Of a stretch of DNA of 64,000 nt, positions 1 to 11,580 are shown in pieces; the first letter of the stretch is position 1, and each line of letters begins with the position of its first letter. Made by a program: the position numbers and the translations under genes. Origin of the DNA: Paramoeba atlantica (lineage: Eukaryota; Protista; Discosea); NCBI GenBank assembly GCA_977017575.1, contig CDRNVI010000150.1:1-64000 (forward strand), in the 5' to 3' direction. Under the pieces are notes generated by a model that saw nothing but the letters and a program-made list of their open reading frames with translations, was not told where the DNA came from and searched no databases.

Positions 1-3000
1 GCCCCTATTGTTTTCCGCGTGACACCTTTCATCCACTTGAGTCTCAGCGTTGTTTGATTTCTTCTCTTTCTCTTGGTTCTCCTCTTCCCCCTTCTTCTCC
101 TCTGGAGAGTTTTGTTGGAAGGGATTTGAGAGAAGAAGAAGAAAGAGAAAGAGAAGAAGAAAGAGGAAGAGAAGAAGAAAAAGAAGAAAAAGAGAGAGAA
201 ATAGAAAGAGAAAAAGAAGAAGAATTTGTTGATCAATATTTGGAGATTGTAAATTTTTTGATTCATTTGCCCATTTTGAAAGTGGAGAAGTTTTTTTTTG
301 GGGTTGCAGAATTTTGAGATTGATCAAGTTTTTTATTTTTTTTTAATTTTGTTTTTTATTTTCTGTTTTTTGTTTTTTTATTTTTTTGGAGTTTTATTTT
401 ATTTTTTATGATTTTCTCTTTGAAAAAAGCATTTTTTTCCACTTTTTTCTCAACTCCAACCACAAAAAATAGTTCCAATTATTACAAAAAATGAAAGAGA
501 TTATCTCCAAAGAAGAAAAAGAAAAAAGCAAAGAAAAAGAAAAAGAAAGAGAAAAAAAGGAAAATATCGTAAAAATTGTTCTTTGTTGGAGAAAATGTTT
601 AAATGTTTATTTTCGAACTTTTAATCCTCTTTTATTTTGGTAATTTTTTGTTTTATTTTTGATTTCTTTTTTTTTTGATTTTTTAATTTCTTTTTTATTT
701 TTCTTTCTTTGATTTCGGTTTTTTCTTTTTCTTTTTCTTTTTTCTCTTTTTTCTTCTTTTTCTTGATAAAAGAATCTCTTTCTGATTCTATTTTGCAGCG
801 CAATTGAAAATTTTTTAGATTCTCTAACTCCCCCTCTCTCTCCAACATTGGTTTTTTCCTTTCTTTTTTCTCAAAATGAATCAATATTAAAATTAATAAT
901 CAAGCTTGTTATGTGGATCATTTTTCTTTTAAAAAACAAACAAACAAACAAACAAACAAAACAAGAAATAAATTAAATTAAATAAATTAAATTAAATAAA
1001 TTAAATAAATTAAATAAATCAAATAAATTAAATGAAATAAATTAAATAAATTAAATAGATTTGGAAAGGAATGAGTTTATGTTTATGCGGATCAAGCGAA
1101 CATGTCTCAAAATTGTTGTCTTTTTTTATGTTTCAAACTTTTAAAAAGATTCAACCTCAAGAGTTTTTGAGTGGTTTTTGGCAGGTTTTTGTTTTATTTT
1201 ATTTTTTATTTTATTTTATTTTTTATTTTATTTTTTATTTATTTTTATTTTATTTTTTTATTTTATTTTTTATTTTATTTTATTTTTTATTTTTTATTTT
1301 TATTTTTCTTTTTCTTTTTCTTTTCTCTCCTTTTATCCTCCCATTTCCTCTCTCTCCCTCTCCCCTCTCTTTTAAAAATCTCTCTCTCTCTCCCTCTCTC
1401 TCTCCTCTCAACAAAAAAACAGAAAGAAGAGAAATACCTTCTCTCCCCAAACATCTTAGCAATGAGAGAAATGTCCTCTCGAATTTCCTCCATGGTTGTA
1501 GAATCGATTCTCTTTTGTCAGAGAAATTCTCGTTTGAAGAGTTTGAGATTTATGATTAAATTAATCGACCAGCTTTTCAATGTTTTCTTTCTTTCCTTTC
1601 TCTTCTTCTCTCTATTTCCTCTCTTTCCTTTCTCTCTTTTCTCTTTTTTTTTTGATTTTTTTTGATTTTTTCGAATTTCCTCCATGGTTGTTGAATTGAT
1701 TCTCTCCTCTCTTTCTCTCCTCTCTTCCTCTCCTCTCTTCCTCTCCTCTCTTCCCCTCCTCTCTTTCTCTCCTCTCTTTCTCTTTCAGATGAATAATTTT
1801 GAAGGATGTGCTGCAATATTAAAAGGACTAAATCAATTTTCCATTCGTCGTTTGAAATCGTTGTGGAGAAATTTGAGTTCAAGAGTTTTGTTTTTTTTTT
1901 TTTATTTTTTTTTGAATTTTATTTTGTTTTATTTTTATTTTTATTTTATTTTTATTTTTATTTTTATTTTATTTTATTTTTATTTATTTTGAGTTTTTTC
2001 TTTTTCTGATCTTCTTTCTTTCTCTTTCTTTCTTTCAGTCCAAAAAGAAATACCGATTCTGGAGAACAATGTTCTTAAAAGATTTCAAAAATTACAAAAG
2101 ACACTTAAAAAGTGCGACTGTTCAATTTTCAGATTTTGTTCTTCCTTGTCTTGCTCCAAAGGTTTTTTTTATTTTTTTATTTTTATTTTTTTTATTTTTA
2201 TTTTCTTTTATTTTTCTGATCTTTTATTTTTTATTTTGGATTTGGATTTAAATTTTATATTATTTTTATTTTTATTTTATTTTATTTTTTATTTTTTATT
2301 TTTTTTATTTTTTCTCTCTTTCATTTTCTTTCTTTCTCTCTCTCTCTTCTCTTTCCCCAATTTTCTCATTTCTCATTTTTCATTTCTCAAACAAAAAATA
2401 GTTGAAAGAATTACAACTTTTGTACCAGAAAAGTGAAACAGAATTGGAAGATGGATTGATCAATGCTGCGCTTCTCCTGGTTTGAAAAAGAGATGAGAGA
2501 AAAGAAAAGAAATGAGAAAAGAAATGAGAAAAAGGAAAAGAGAAAAGAAAAAGAGATGAGAGAAAAGAAAAGAAACGAGAAAAAGAAAGAGAAGAAAAAG
2601 AAAAAGAGGAAAAGAAAAATTTTCGACTTTATTTCTCTCCTCCATTTCTCTCTCTTTTTCTTTTCTTTTCTTTTTCTTTTCTTTTTCTCTTTCTCTTTCT
2701 CTTTCTCTTTCTCTTTCTCTTTCTCTCTTTCTAAAAAACAAAATAAAAATAGAAAATTGGAGATTCAATAAAGTCTTTTCTTCATCCCCAACAATTCGAA
2801 TATGGTTCAGAAGTCCATCATTTTGATAACACATTGTTCTTGAAATTTTTACAAGCTCGCTCAGTTCCAGAGGTTCTCTCTCTTCTCTTCTCTCTTTCTC
2901 TTCTCTCTTTCTCTTCTCTCTCTCTTCTCTTCTCTCCTCTCTTCTCTCTTCTCTCTCTTCTCTATTTCTCTTTTTCTAATATCTTTTTAGGAACTTTGTA

Positions 3001-3035
3001 ATGAAAAATCTCTTTCTTTATTTCCAAGAAATTGA
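1..3035 (+). CDS. RasGEF (CDC25-type) paralog 1, multi-exon, 5' end outside window
   Basis: Spliced exons read IWKGMSLCLCGSSEHVSKLLSFFMFQTFKKIQPQEFLSGFWQ / YLLSPNILAMREMSSRISSMVVESILF / MNNFEGCAAILKGLNQFSIRRLKSLW / FKNYKRHLKSATVQFSDFVLPCLAPK. This matches the CDC25 pattern (SPNI, NNF, I.RLK.W, NF..YR, PP.LP). The last exon ELCNEKSLSLFPRN ends at TGA 3033-3035. A likely +1 T error sits in the homopolymer at 291-299. Confidence 0.8.
933..1055. repeat. Intronic (AAAC)n and (AAATT/AAAT)n microsatellite
   Basis: Read directly; lies in the intron before the IWKGM exon of RasGEF 1. Confidence 0.85.
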
Positions 3036-3471
3036 AATATGGTTCAGAAGTCCATCATTTTAGAGAACAAGAATCTCTTCTCAAAAAATCTGTAAATAAA
3101 TAAATCCAATTATTTAAACCCTCAAAAAAAAAGTGGTTTTTCTTTTGTGAAAGAGAAAAATTTTGTTCAGAAAGCACGGCCAAAGAGAGAAACAGAGAAA
3201 GAAACAAAAAAGAAAAGGAGAGAAAAATAACAGATCTCAAACAAAAAAAAGGATACCAAAAAAAGAAAAGTAACAAAAAAAGCCTCTCCGTTCACAAGGG
3301 GAAAAGAAAGAGAGAGAAAAACTTCCGCAATTTTTCGAATGAAAAAAAGGAAAATCGAAAGCGAAATTTCATTGAAATTTCAAAGGAATAGTGACGGCCG
3401 GCCAATTCGCTGAAAATTAATTTTGTTTTTTTTTTTTTGTGGAATCAAAGTTTTTTGTTTGGTGAACAAAA

Positions 3472-6400
3472 ATGAAAGGAAGGAAGAAAAGAGGCTCCTC
3501 TCGTTCTTTGGTTTTCTTCTCTCTCTCTCTTTTTCTTTCTTTTTTTCTCTTTTCCTTTCTTTTTCTTTCTGCCTCTCTTTTCTCCTCTCTTCTCAAAACC
3601 AAACTTTCTTTTCACAGTCCCCGCATTCGTTCGAAGATCGGGATGCAGGAACAAAACAATCTCAGCAGAAAAGAAAGAAGAAAAGTCGTTTTTCTTCCTT
3701 TTTTTCTTCTCCTCCTTCAGCAACCTGGGTTTTTTTTCTCTTCTTTCTTCCTCTCTCTCTCTCTCTCTTCTTCCTTTCTCTTTTCTTTTCCTTTTTTTGA
3801 TTTTCAAAAAAAAGAGTTTAGCGGATAATCCACACTCCACGAAACTGAGAGAAGAAAAAGAAAAAGAAAGAGAAAAAGAAGAAAAAGAAAGAGAAGAAGA
3901 AGAAGAAGAAGGGCCTCTCAAAATCCGATCTGATCCAGTCCAAGTAGTCTTAAAGAGAGGAGGAGAAGAAGAAGGAGAAGAAGAAAAGAGAAGAAAGAGG
4001 ATCTCTTCTCTTCCGATCCCAAGAAGAAGAGTTCTTCGAGTAAGCGAACTTTCTTTAGAAGAAAGAGAAGAAGAGAAAGAGGGCTCCCTCTCTTCTCTCC
4101 AATCTCCCTTCTCTTCTTCTTCTCTCCTCTCTCCTCCTCTCACCCCCTCTTCTCCTTTCTCCTCTTCTTCTCCTCTCCATTCCCCGCGCTCTCGCTCTTC
4201 TTCTTCTTCTTCTCTCTCTCCCCGTTTCAAATCAGTAATCGCCCACTATCTCTCAGAATCGCCCTCTCTCTCTTCTCTCTCTCTCTCTAACCAACCCCGA
4301 ATTCTCCATCCAAAGCTCCCTCTCAGCTCCTCTCCTCCCTCTCAAATCGTCTATTTTCTAAAAGAGAGAGAAGAGAGAGAAGAGAGAGGAGAGAGAGGAG
4401 AGAGAGGAGAGAGAGTAGAGAGAAGAGAGAGAGAGAAGTTTCTTTCTTGTGATTGTTATTTTGATATTGTTCATTTTTTGGTTTCTGAGTTGTCTTTGGA
4501 GGGGGTGGAGGCTTTTTTTCTTGGTTTTGAACAATCTTTTGAAGTGGATCATGTTTTTTTTCTCTTCTTCTCTTCTTCTCTTCTTCTCTTTCTCTTCTCT
4601 CTCTCTCTCTTTCTCTTTCTTTTCTCTTTCTTTTCTCTTTCTTTTCTCTCTCTTTTCTTGTCTCTCTTTTTCAAACAAAATTGAAAAAAAGAAATATTTC
4701 AATTCTTCCTTCTTTAAAAAGATTCAAAAAATAGACTAAACTCTTGGAAACAATGAAAGAACTTCTCTCCAAAGAAGGAAACAAAGAAGAAGAAGAAAAG
4801 AAAGAAAAAAATGTGCAAATTGTTCTTTCTTGGAGAAAAATTTTGGGGTTTTATTATCGAGCTTTTAAACCTCTCATAGCACAGTTCTCTTTCTCTCTTT
4901 CTTTCTCTCTTTTCTCTTTCTCTCCTCTTTCTCTCTCTCTCTCTCTCTCTTTTCTCTTGTGTGTTTTCTCGAAAACTAAATTTATTTTTTGTATTTTGTA
5001 TTTTCAAAGGGAAATGGAAGATTTTTTGGATTCTTTGAGTTCTCCTCTCGCTGAGAAGACTTTGGTTTTGTTTCTTTTATTTCTTTTTTTAATTAAATTA
5101 GTTAAAATGAATAAAGTAATTTTAAATGCACTCAATTCAATTCAATTCAATACAATTCAATTCAATTCAATTCAATTCAATTCAATTCATTTCCTTCAAT
5201 TCAGTTCAATTCAACCCAATTCAATTCAATTTCTTCAATTCAATTCAATTCAATTCAATTCAAAATTCATTTCAATTCCATTCATTCAAAGTCCATTCAA
5301 TTCAATCCAATCTAATCTAATTCAATTCAATCCAATTCAATTCAATTCAATTCAATTCAATTCAATTCAATTCAATTCAATTCAAAATTCAATTCAAAAT
5401 TCAATTCAAACCCAATCCAAATATCTCAAAAAATAAAAAACTAAATGATTTATTTTTGAATAAAATAGATTTGTAAAGGAATGAATTTGAGTTTGTGCGG
5501 ATCAAGCACTCAGGTTGCACAAATGTTGACTTCGATTATGTTTCAAATGTATAAAAATATCAAACCTGGCGAGTTTTTTGATGGTTTTTGGGAGGTTTTT
5601 TATTTTTATTTTTATTTTTATTTTTATTTTTATTTTTATTTTTATTTTTATTTTTATTTTTATTTTTATTTTCTTATTCAATTCGATTTTTGAATTCTTT
5701 TTTGAATTCAATGTGAAATTCAATTTGAATACAATTTTTAATTCAATGAAATTCGATTTCCACTTTTTTATTTCTTTCATTTCCCAAAAGAAAAAAGATA
5801 AACATCTTCAATCTCCAAACATCACAGCAATGAGCGAAATATTCAATCGAATTTCTTCAATGGTTGTAGAATCCATTTTATTTGATGACAATTCTTCCCA
5901 AATTCAAAGTTTGATGTTTGCGATCAAACTGGCGAATCATCTTTTGAAAGTTTTCTTCTTCTTTTTCTCTTCTTTCTCTCTCTCTCTCTCCTCTCTCTCT
6001 CTCCTCTCTCTGCTCTCTCTCTCTGCTCTCTCTCTATCTCTTCAATGGTTGTAGAATCCATTTTATTTGATGACAATTCTTCCCAAATCTAAAGTTTGAT
6101 GTTTGTGATCAAACTGGCGAATCATCTTTTGAAGGTTTCTTTCTCTTCTTTTCTTTCTCTCCTCCTCTCTCTCTCCTCTCTCTCTCTCCTCTCTCTCTCT
6201 CCTCTCTCTGCTCTCTCTCTCTTCTCTCTCTATCTCTTCAATGGTTGTAGAATCCATTTTATTTGATGACAATTCTTCCCAAATTCAAAGTTTGATGTTT
6301 GTGATCAAACTGGCGAATCATCTTTTGAAGGTTTCTTCTTCTTTCTCTCTCTCTTTCTCTCTCTCCTCTCTCTCTTCAATGGTGGTGGAATCCATTTTAT

Positions 6401-7513
6401 TTGATGACAAATTGCCCCCAAACTCAAAGTTTGATGTTTTTTACCAAGCCTGCAAAGATGTCTTTCTGTCTTTCTTTCTTTTCTTCTTCTTTCTCTCTCT
6501 CTCTCTCTCCTTTTTGGATTTCGAGTTTTTATTCAATCTCTCTCTCATTCTTTTTCTATTTTTCTTTCTCTTTCTTCTTTTCAGATGCGGAATTTTGAAG
6601 GATGGGCAGCAGTTGTCAGTGGACTGAACCAATCTCCAATCTACAGATTGAAATCTCTTTGGAATTCTCTAAGTTCTAGAGTAAATATTTTTGTTTTATT
6701 TTTTCTATTTCCTTTTCTTTTTTTCTCTTCTTTTCATCTTTTTCTTTTTTGAAAATTGCTTATTTTTCTCTCAACAAATAATTTTTTTGTTCTGATTCAA
6801 AGAAATAGTACAAAAAGAGATATGAATTGTTTGATGAATTTTCATCTCCTGAATTCAATTTCAAAAAATATCGAACTTTATTACAATCTGCAGAACCACC
6901 TCTTCTTCCTTGGTTTGCTCCAAAGGTCAAATTCTTTTTTTTATTTTCTTGTAAAACAAATTTTCTCCAAAAAAAATTCACTTTTATTGTACAATTTCTC
7001 TTTTTAATTTGGCTGTAAAATTCCACACAACTAATTTAAAAATGTTTTTTTTGTCATTTTTATTTTCTGGTTTAATTGTATTGAGACAAAAAATGCAGTT
7101 GAGAGAGTTGCGGTATTTGTATGATGGGAATCATGTGGAAAATACGGAGGGATTGGTCAATTTCTCTCATCTTCTGGTTTGTCTTGGAAAAGAAAAGAAA
7201 TGAAAGGAAAGGAAAAGAAATGAAAGAAAAAGACTTTTTGATTAAAATTTGAAAAAAAAACAGCAAATTGGAAAAACAATTCGAGAATTTTTACAATATC
7301 AATCTTTTGAGTATGATCCGGTCCATTCTGATAAAACATTATTAATCAAATTTCTCGAAACTCGTTCAATCTCTGAGGTCTTTTCTTCTTTTCTCTTCTT
7401 TTCTCTTCTTTCCCCTTTTCTTTCTCTCTTCTCTTGTATGATTAAAATATTTCTTTTGTGATTTTTTTCAGGATCTTTGTTACAAAAAATCGGTGGAGAG
7501 CTCCTTTCTCTAA
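3472..7513 (+). CDS. RasGEF paralog 2: S/E-rich N-terminus, probable REM domain, CDC25 domain
   Basis: ATG 3472 (MKGRKKRGSSRSL|GT). Exons include CDCYFDIVHFLVSELSLEGVEAFFLGFEQSFEVDH, QIVLSWRKILGFYY, HLQSPNITAMSEIFNRISSMVVESILF, MRNFEGWAAVVSGLNQSPIYRLKSLW, EFNFKKYRTLLQSAEPPLLPWFAPK and LRELRYLYDGN. The last exon DLCYKKSVESSFL ends at TAA 7511-7513. Confidence 0.82.
5133..5410. repeat. Intronic (AATTC)n pentanucleotide satellite
   Basis: Degenerate CAATT/AATTC run of about 280 bp in a RasGEF 2 intron. Confidence 0.92.
5596..5671. repeat. (TTTTTA)n intronic microsatellite
   Basis: Follows the FWE|GT donor. The same repeat is in the equivalent intron of RasGEF 4 (49085-49205) and, degenerate, RasGEF 1 (1190-1300). 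Confidence 0.9.
5854..6462 (+). repeat. Four tandem copies of a ~97-bp RasGEF exon 3' half, separated by CT tracts
   Basis: TCTTCAATGGTTGTAGAATCCATTTTATTTGATGACAA... starts at about 5854 (true exon), 6039, 6235 and 6373 (diverged). Copy 2 has CAAATCTAA, an in-frame stop. Confidence 0.88.
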
Positions 7514-7786
7514 GAATGACTTGTGGAAAAAATGGTCCTTTTTTTTTACTGGTGGAAAATCTTCTCCAAAAATTCCCATTTTTTCCAGAAATCAAAAGAA
7601 AAAAACAAATTCTCCAAATTATCATTGTACAGGAAGAGAAAGAAAGAGTAAGAAATTAGTTGTCAAAATTTGAGGAAATTATCACCTCCTTTTTTGGTTT
7701 TCATTTGTTATATTTTTCCCCGAATTAAAATTACAATTATTCACAAAAGAAGATTTCCTTTTTCAATTTTGTTGCACTTAATCCAT

Positions 7787-8116
7787 CAGAGTTGCACGAT
7801 TTTCAACCTGATTTTTCACCCCTCCCAGACCCTCAACCTCACAGAAGCAGAGAGAGCGATTTCTCGAGAGGCTAAGTCGAAAATTTTTGGGGAGAATGAA
7901 AAATTTTGCATCTCTCAGTTCGGTGGCAATTTTGCATGCCTCTGAGACTCAATTCTCAAACATCAGACAGTTATTTGTGTTGTTGATTGAGGTCTTGTCA
8001 ATTGAGGTTCGATTTCGACCCAATCAGACAATCAAGCGAAGTCTTTTTCAAAAAAAAATCTTTACTTTTCCGTGAAAAAAATCTTTACTTTTCCGTGAAA
8101 AAAATCTGCAACTCTA
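7787..8116. mobile_element. 330-bp non-autonomous DNA transposon (MITE) with TIRs and 9-bp TSD
   Basis: Left end CAGAGTTGCACGATTTTT; right end (reverse complement) TAGAGTTGCAGATTTTT. TTAATCCAT is duplicated at 7778-7786 and 8117-8125. Paralogous ankyrin 3' flanks (e.g. about 11510, 22100, 27640) have one uninterrupted TTAATCCAT. Confidence 0.85.
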
Positions 8117-8186
8117 TTAATCCATTCGAGGTTTTTTGAATTCAATTTCATCACCAAAACCACATTCAGCTCTGATCTTTCTCTTT

Positions 8187-11100
8187 TTACTTTCTCTTTC
8201 TTCTCTTTCTTCTTCTCTTTGTTCTTCTACTCCTCCTCTTTGTTCTTCTTTTCCATTTGATTCAATCTTTTCATTCCCTTCTCGTTTTGCAGGTTTAATT
8301 GAACCATCAATGTGACTGTATTCCTATCCAAAAATTGTGTTTCAATTCTTTGTGAATTTCAAAAATAATGAGGAAAAGAAAAAGAAAAACCTCCAAAAAC
8401 TTCTTCACTTGTTCATAGTTGGAGGAGTCTGCTGGTGTTTGGCCCTAAAACAGTTAAAAATATCAAAAAAAAGAGATTCATCAAAAAAAGTCAATCAATA
8501 AAATCAAAGAAAAATGAACCAAGTTATTTTTGATTTCAGGATCAGCACCATGTTCACACAAAAGTTTCACTATCTCCAAATGACCCCTATGTGCAGCCAC
8601 ATGGAGCGCAGTCCTCCCAACCTATCATTTTGGTTGAATGAATTGTTCTCAAAGAGTACCCCAAAAAACAAAGAAATGTGAAAAACCTCATTTGTTTTGT
8701 TGATTTCAATCCCATTTTTCAACATAAATAAAACGCTCTCTTTGATTGACCGAAATTCTTGGGAATGGAGAAGAGCCATGAGAGGAGTGAAACCCTTTAA
8801 AAAAATGATTAAGTCAAAAACACCCATTGAAAAAAAATCAAATTAGAAAATACTTGATAGATTTCATTTACATCTGCTCCATTTTCAACTAAAATCTTAA
8901 CAACTGGTAAATTAACAAAATAGGAATCACAAACTTGATGAAGAATACTCTTTCCCTGTTTTTCCAAAACCAAATTGATGGTAAATTGAAAGAAAGAAAA
9001 GAAAGAAAAAAGAGAGGATTATTTTGAAGAAAGTTATCAAAAAAACCAACAAACTCGAACAATGAAATGTGCTCCATTTTGTAATAATAATTCTGCAATA
9101 TCCAAATTGTTGTGAAAACATGCAAGAGCCAGAGGTGATTGATTTAACTGTGGTGATGAAACTTTGTAAAAGACAAAGAGAAAAGAACTTTCAAAGTTTT
9201 TGAAAAAAAAAAAGAAAAAAAGAAAATACAAATTGATTGTGAACTCCATTGATTGGACAATTTTTAGAAATCAAAAATTGAGCCAAATCAAATTTCCCAT
9301 TTTCACTTGCAAAACATAAAGCTCCAACATTCAATTCCTGGTGTGTGTGTGGAGATAAAAAAGGTAAAAAAAAGGGGTGGGGTGGTGAATTGTGAATATT
9401 GTGTTGAAAACAGAAAAATTGTTCACAAATAATAAAAAATACCTCTTTCATATTCTCCAATAAATAAGAGATTACATCCATGTGACCCCCTTGACATGCC
9501 AAGACAAGACCATCATTGTTCCCAACTTGAAGTTGAGCACCATGTTTGGTGAAGAAAGAAACAATTTTAAGATCTCCCAATTTACATGCAATGGAAAAAG
9601 GGGGTATGGTTCTGTTGAACTGTCACAATTTTTAGAGAGAAATTTTAAAATCTAAGTTTTTCATTTTTCCAAATAAAAATCAAAAGAGAGAAAACAGACT
9701 GGATTTTCAAAATTGATTGAAGCACCTCTTTCCACCAATAAAGTAATAATGTCAAAATGACCTCCCTCAGTTGCCTCACACAAAGCTGTCTTTCCCTTTT
9801 TGTTTCACAAAAGTTGATTTCAAAATCATCAAAGAAACCTCAAACAAGAGAAAAGAAGAAAAGAAAAAACCTGGTTTCCTTGTTGATCAATCTGAAGATC
9901 TTCTATCTTCAGAAAAGTTTTGACAATCTCTAAATTCCCTTTTTGACAAGCAATGTGAAAGGGAGACATTTTATCCTAAAAGGACAAAAGAGATCAAATA
10001 AAAAGAGAGACATTCAAAAAATAAAAACATACTTTTGAAGGAATATTTGGATGAGCACCCTTTTCAAGAAGGAATTGAACCATTTTGATATCATCCCCTA
10101 AAACTGCAACACATAAAAGGCTCCAACTCTACCAAAAAGAGACAAAGATATTAAACATAACGCTTTTTTTCAAAAACTTTGAAAGTTGAGAAAGAGAAAA
10201 AGTAACAATGGGTATGGGAGCAAAAGGATCTTGTTGTAAAGAAATTTTTCCTTCCTGTTCCCCCACCCCAAAAAAGAAGAAGATTGGGAAAGATTAGTTT
10301 TTTTTGTGAAAACATTCAAAAAAACTGAAGAAAAAACTTTACATTTGTTGACCAATCCACTTTTGCTTTGTTGTCAATCAAAAGATTTGCCATTTCAATG
10401 TCTCCCCTTTCACAACAAATCCACAAAGGGCTTTCACCTCCCTGTTCAAACAAAATGGTCATTTTAAAAAATGGAAACATGAACCAGAAAGAGAGAAAGA
10501 AAGAGAGAAACAGTCTTTGTTTGGTCAACTTTGACTCCTTTTTCAATCAAAAATTTGGCAATTTCAAAGTATCCTTTTTCACAAACTGAAGATAATGCAG
10601 TCTTCTTTGGTTTTTGCTACAATCAAATAAAAATAAAAGAAGAAGAATTGAGTTGAACACACACCCGCAACAATCAATATGAAAAAATATGATTAGAAAA
10701 AAAAAGAGAAATGATTTACTGAAATTGGCTCAAGAGAAGAGCCTTTCTCAAAAAGAAACTGAACTATTTCAAGATTCCCAAGTTCACAAGCAATAATCAA
10801 TGGATCTGATCCATCCTTCAAAAACCATAACAACAAAGACAATCAATCATCAAACTTTCAAAAAAAAAGAAAGAAAAAAAAACCTCAGCAACTCTCTCAA
10901 GGGAAGCTCCATTTTCAATCAACAAAGTGATCATCTTTAAGTCTCCTTTTTGACATGCTCTCATCAAAGGAGTAATCCCTTTCTTTTCTCAAAACTTTCA
11001 AATCAATATCACATCCACACACAGAGACAACAGAATCATCACCAGAGGATGATGACGATAAAAAAAGAAGAAAAGAAGATGATCACCTGGCGTCTTGGAG

Positions 11101-11194
11101 CTCGATTGACATCCACTCTCCGACTCAAAAGAAATTGTTTGACCTTTTCACAATCTCCCCCTTCCACAGCTTCAAACAATTGGAGATTTGCCAT
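8187..11194 (-). CDS. Ankyrin-repeat protein, copy A (about 17 exons, about 15 repeats)
   Basis: ATG 11194 (MANLQLFEAVEGGDCEKVKQ). Exons include KGITPLMRAC, DGSDPLIIACEFGNLEIVQFL, GGESPLWICCERGDIEMANLLID, SPFHIACQKGNLEIVK, GKTALCEATEGGHFDII and GRTALHVAAHRGHLEIVKLLCEHGADPEIKN. The E-rich last exon ends at TAA 8187-8189. Confidence 0.85.
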
Positions 11195-11580
11195 TTCCCT
11201 CTCTCTCTCTCTCTTTCTCTCTTTCTCCTCTCACCCCAAAAAAACAAACTTCTCACCAAAGACACACCAAACCCGAAAAGAGAAAACGGCAAGTTGCACC
11301 TTTCTTTTTAGAAAACTAAATTTAGCCATTTTCATAATCTCCTCTCTCTTTTTGATTTCCATTTTCTCTCCTTCTTTTGTTATGAAATTGTCACCGGATG
11401 TTTATTTTTCGATTTTATTATTTTCCCCTCTCCCCCACCCCACCACCCCAAATAAAATAAACAATTTCTTTTTTGAAAAAAGAAGATTTCCTTTTTCAAT
11501 TTTGTGGAGGTTAATCCATTCGAGGTTTTTTGAATTCAATTTCATCACCAAAACCACATTCATCTCTAATCTTTCTCTTT

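Noticed and set aside
291-303. Frameshift making RasGEF 1 a pseudogene
   Set aside because: It falls in a T9G4 homopolymer. Removing one T restores KFFLGLQNFEIDQ, matching paralogs, so an assembly error is more likely.
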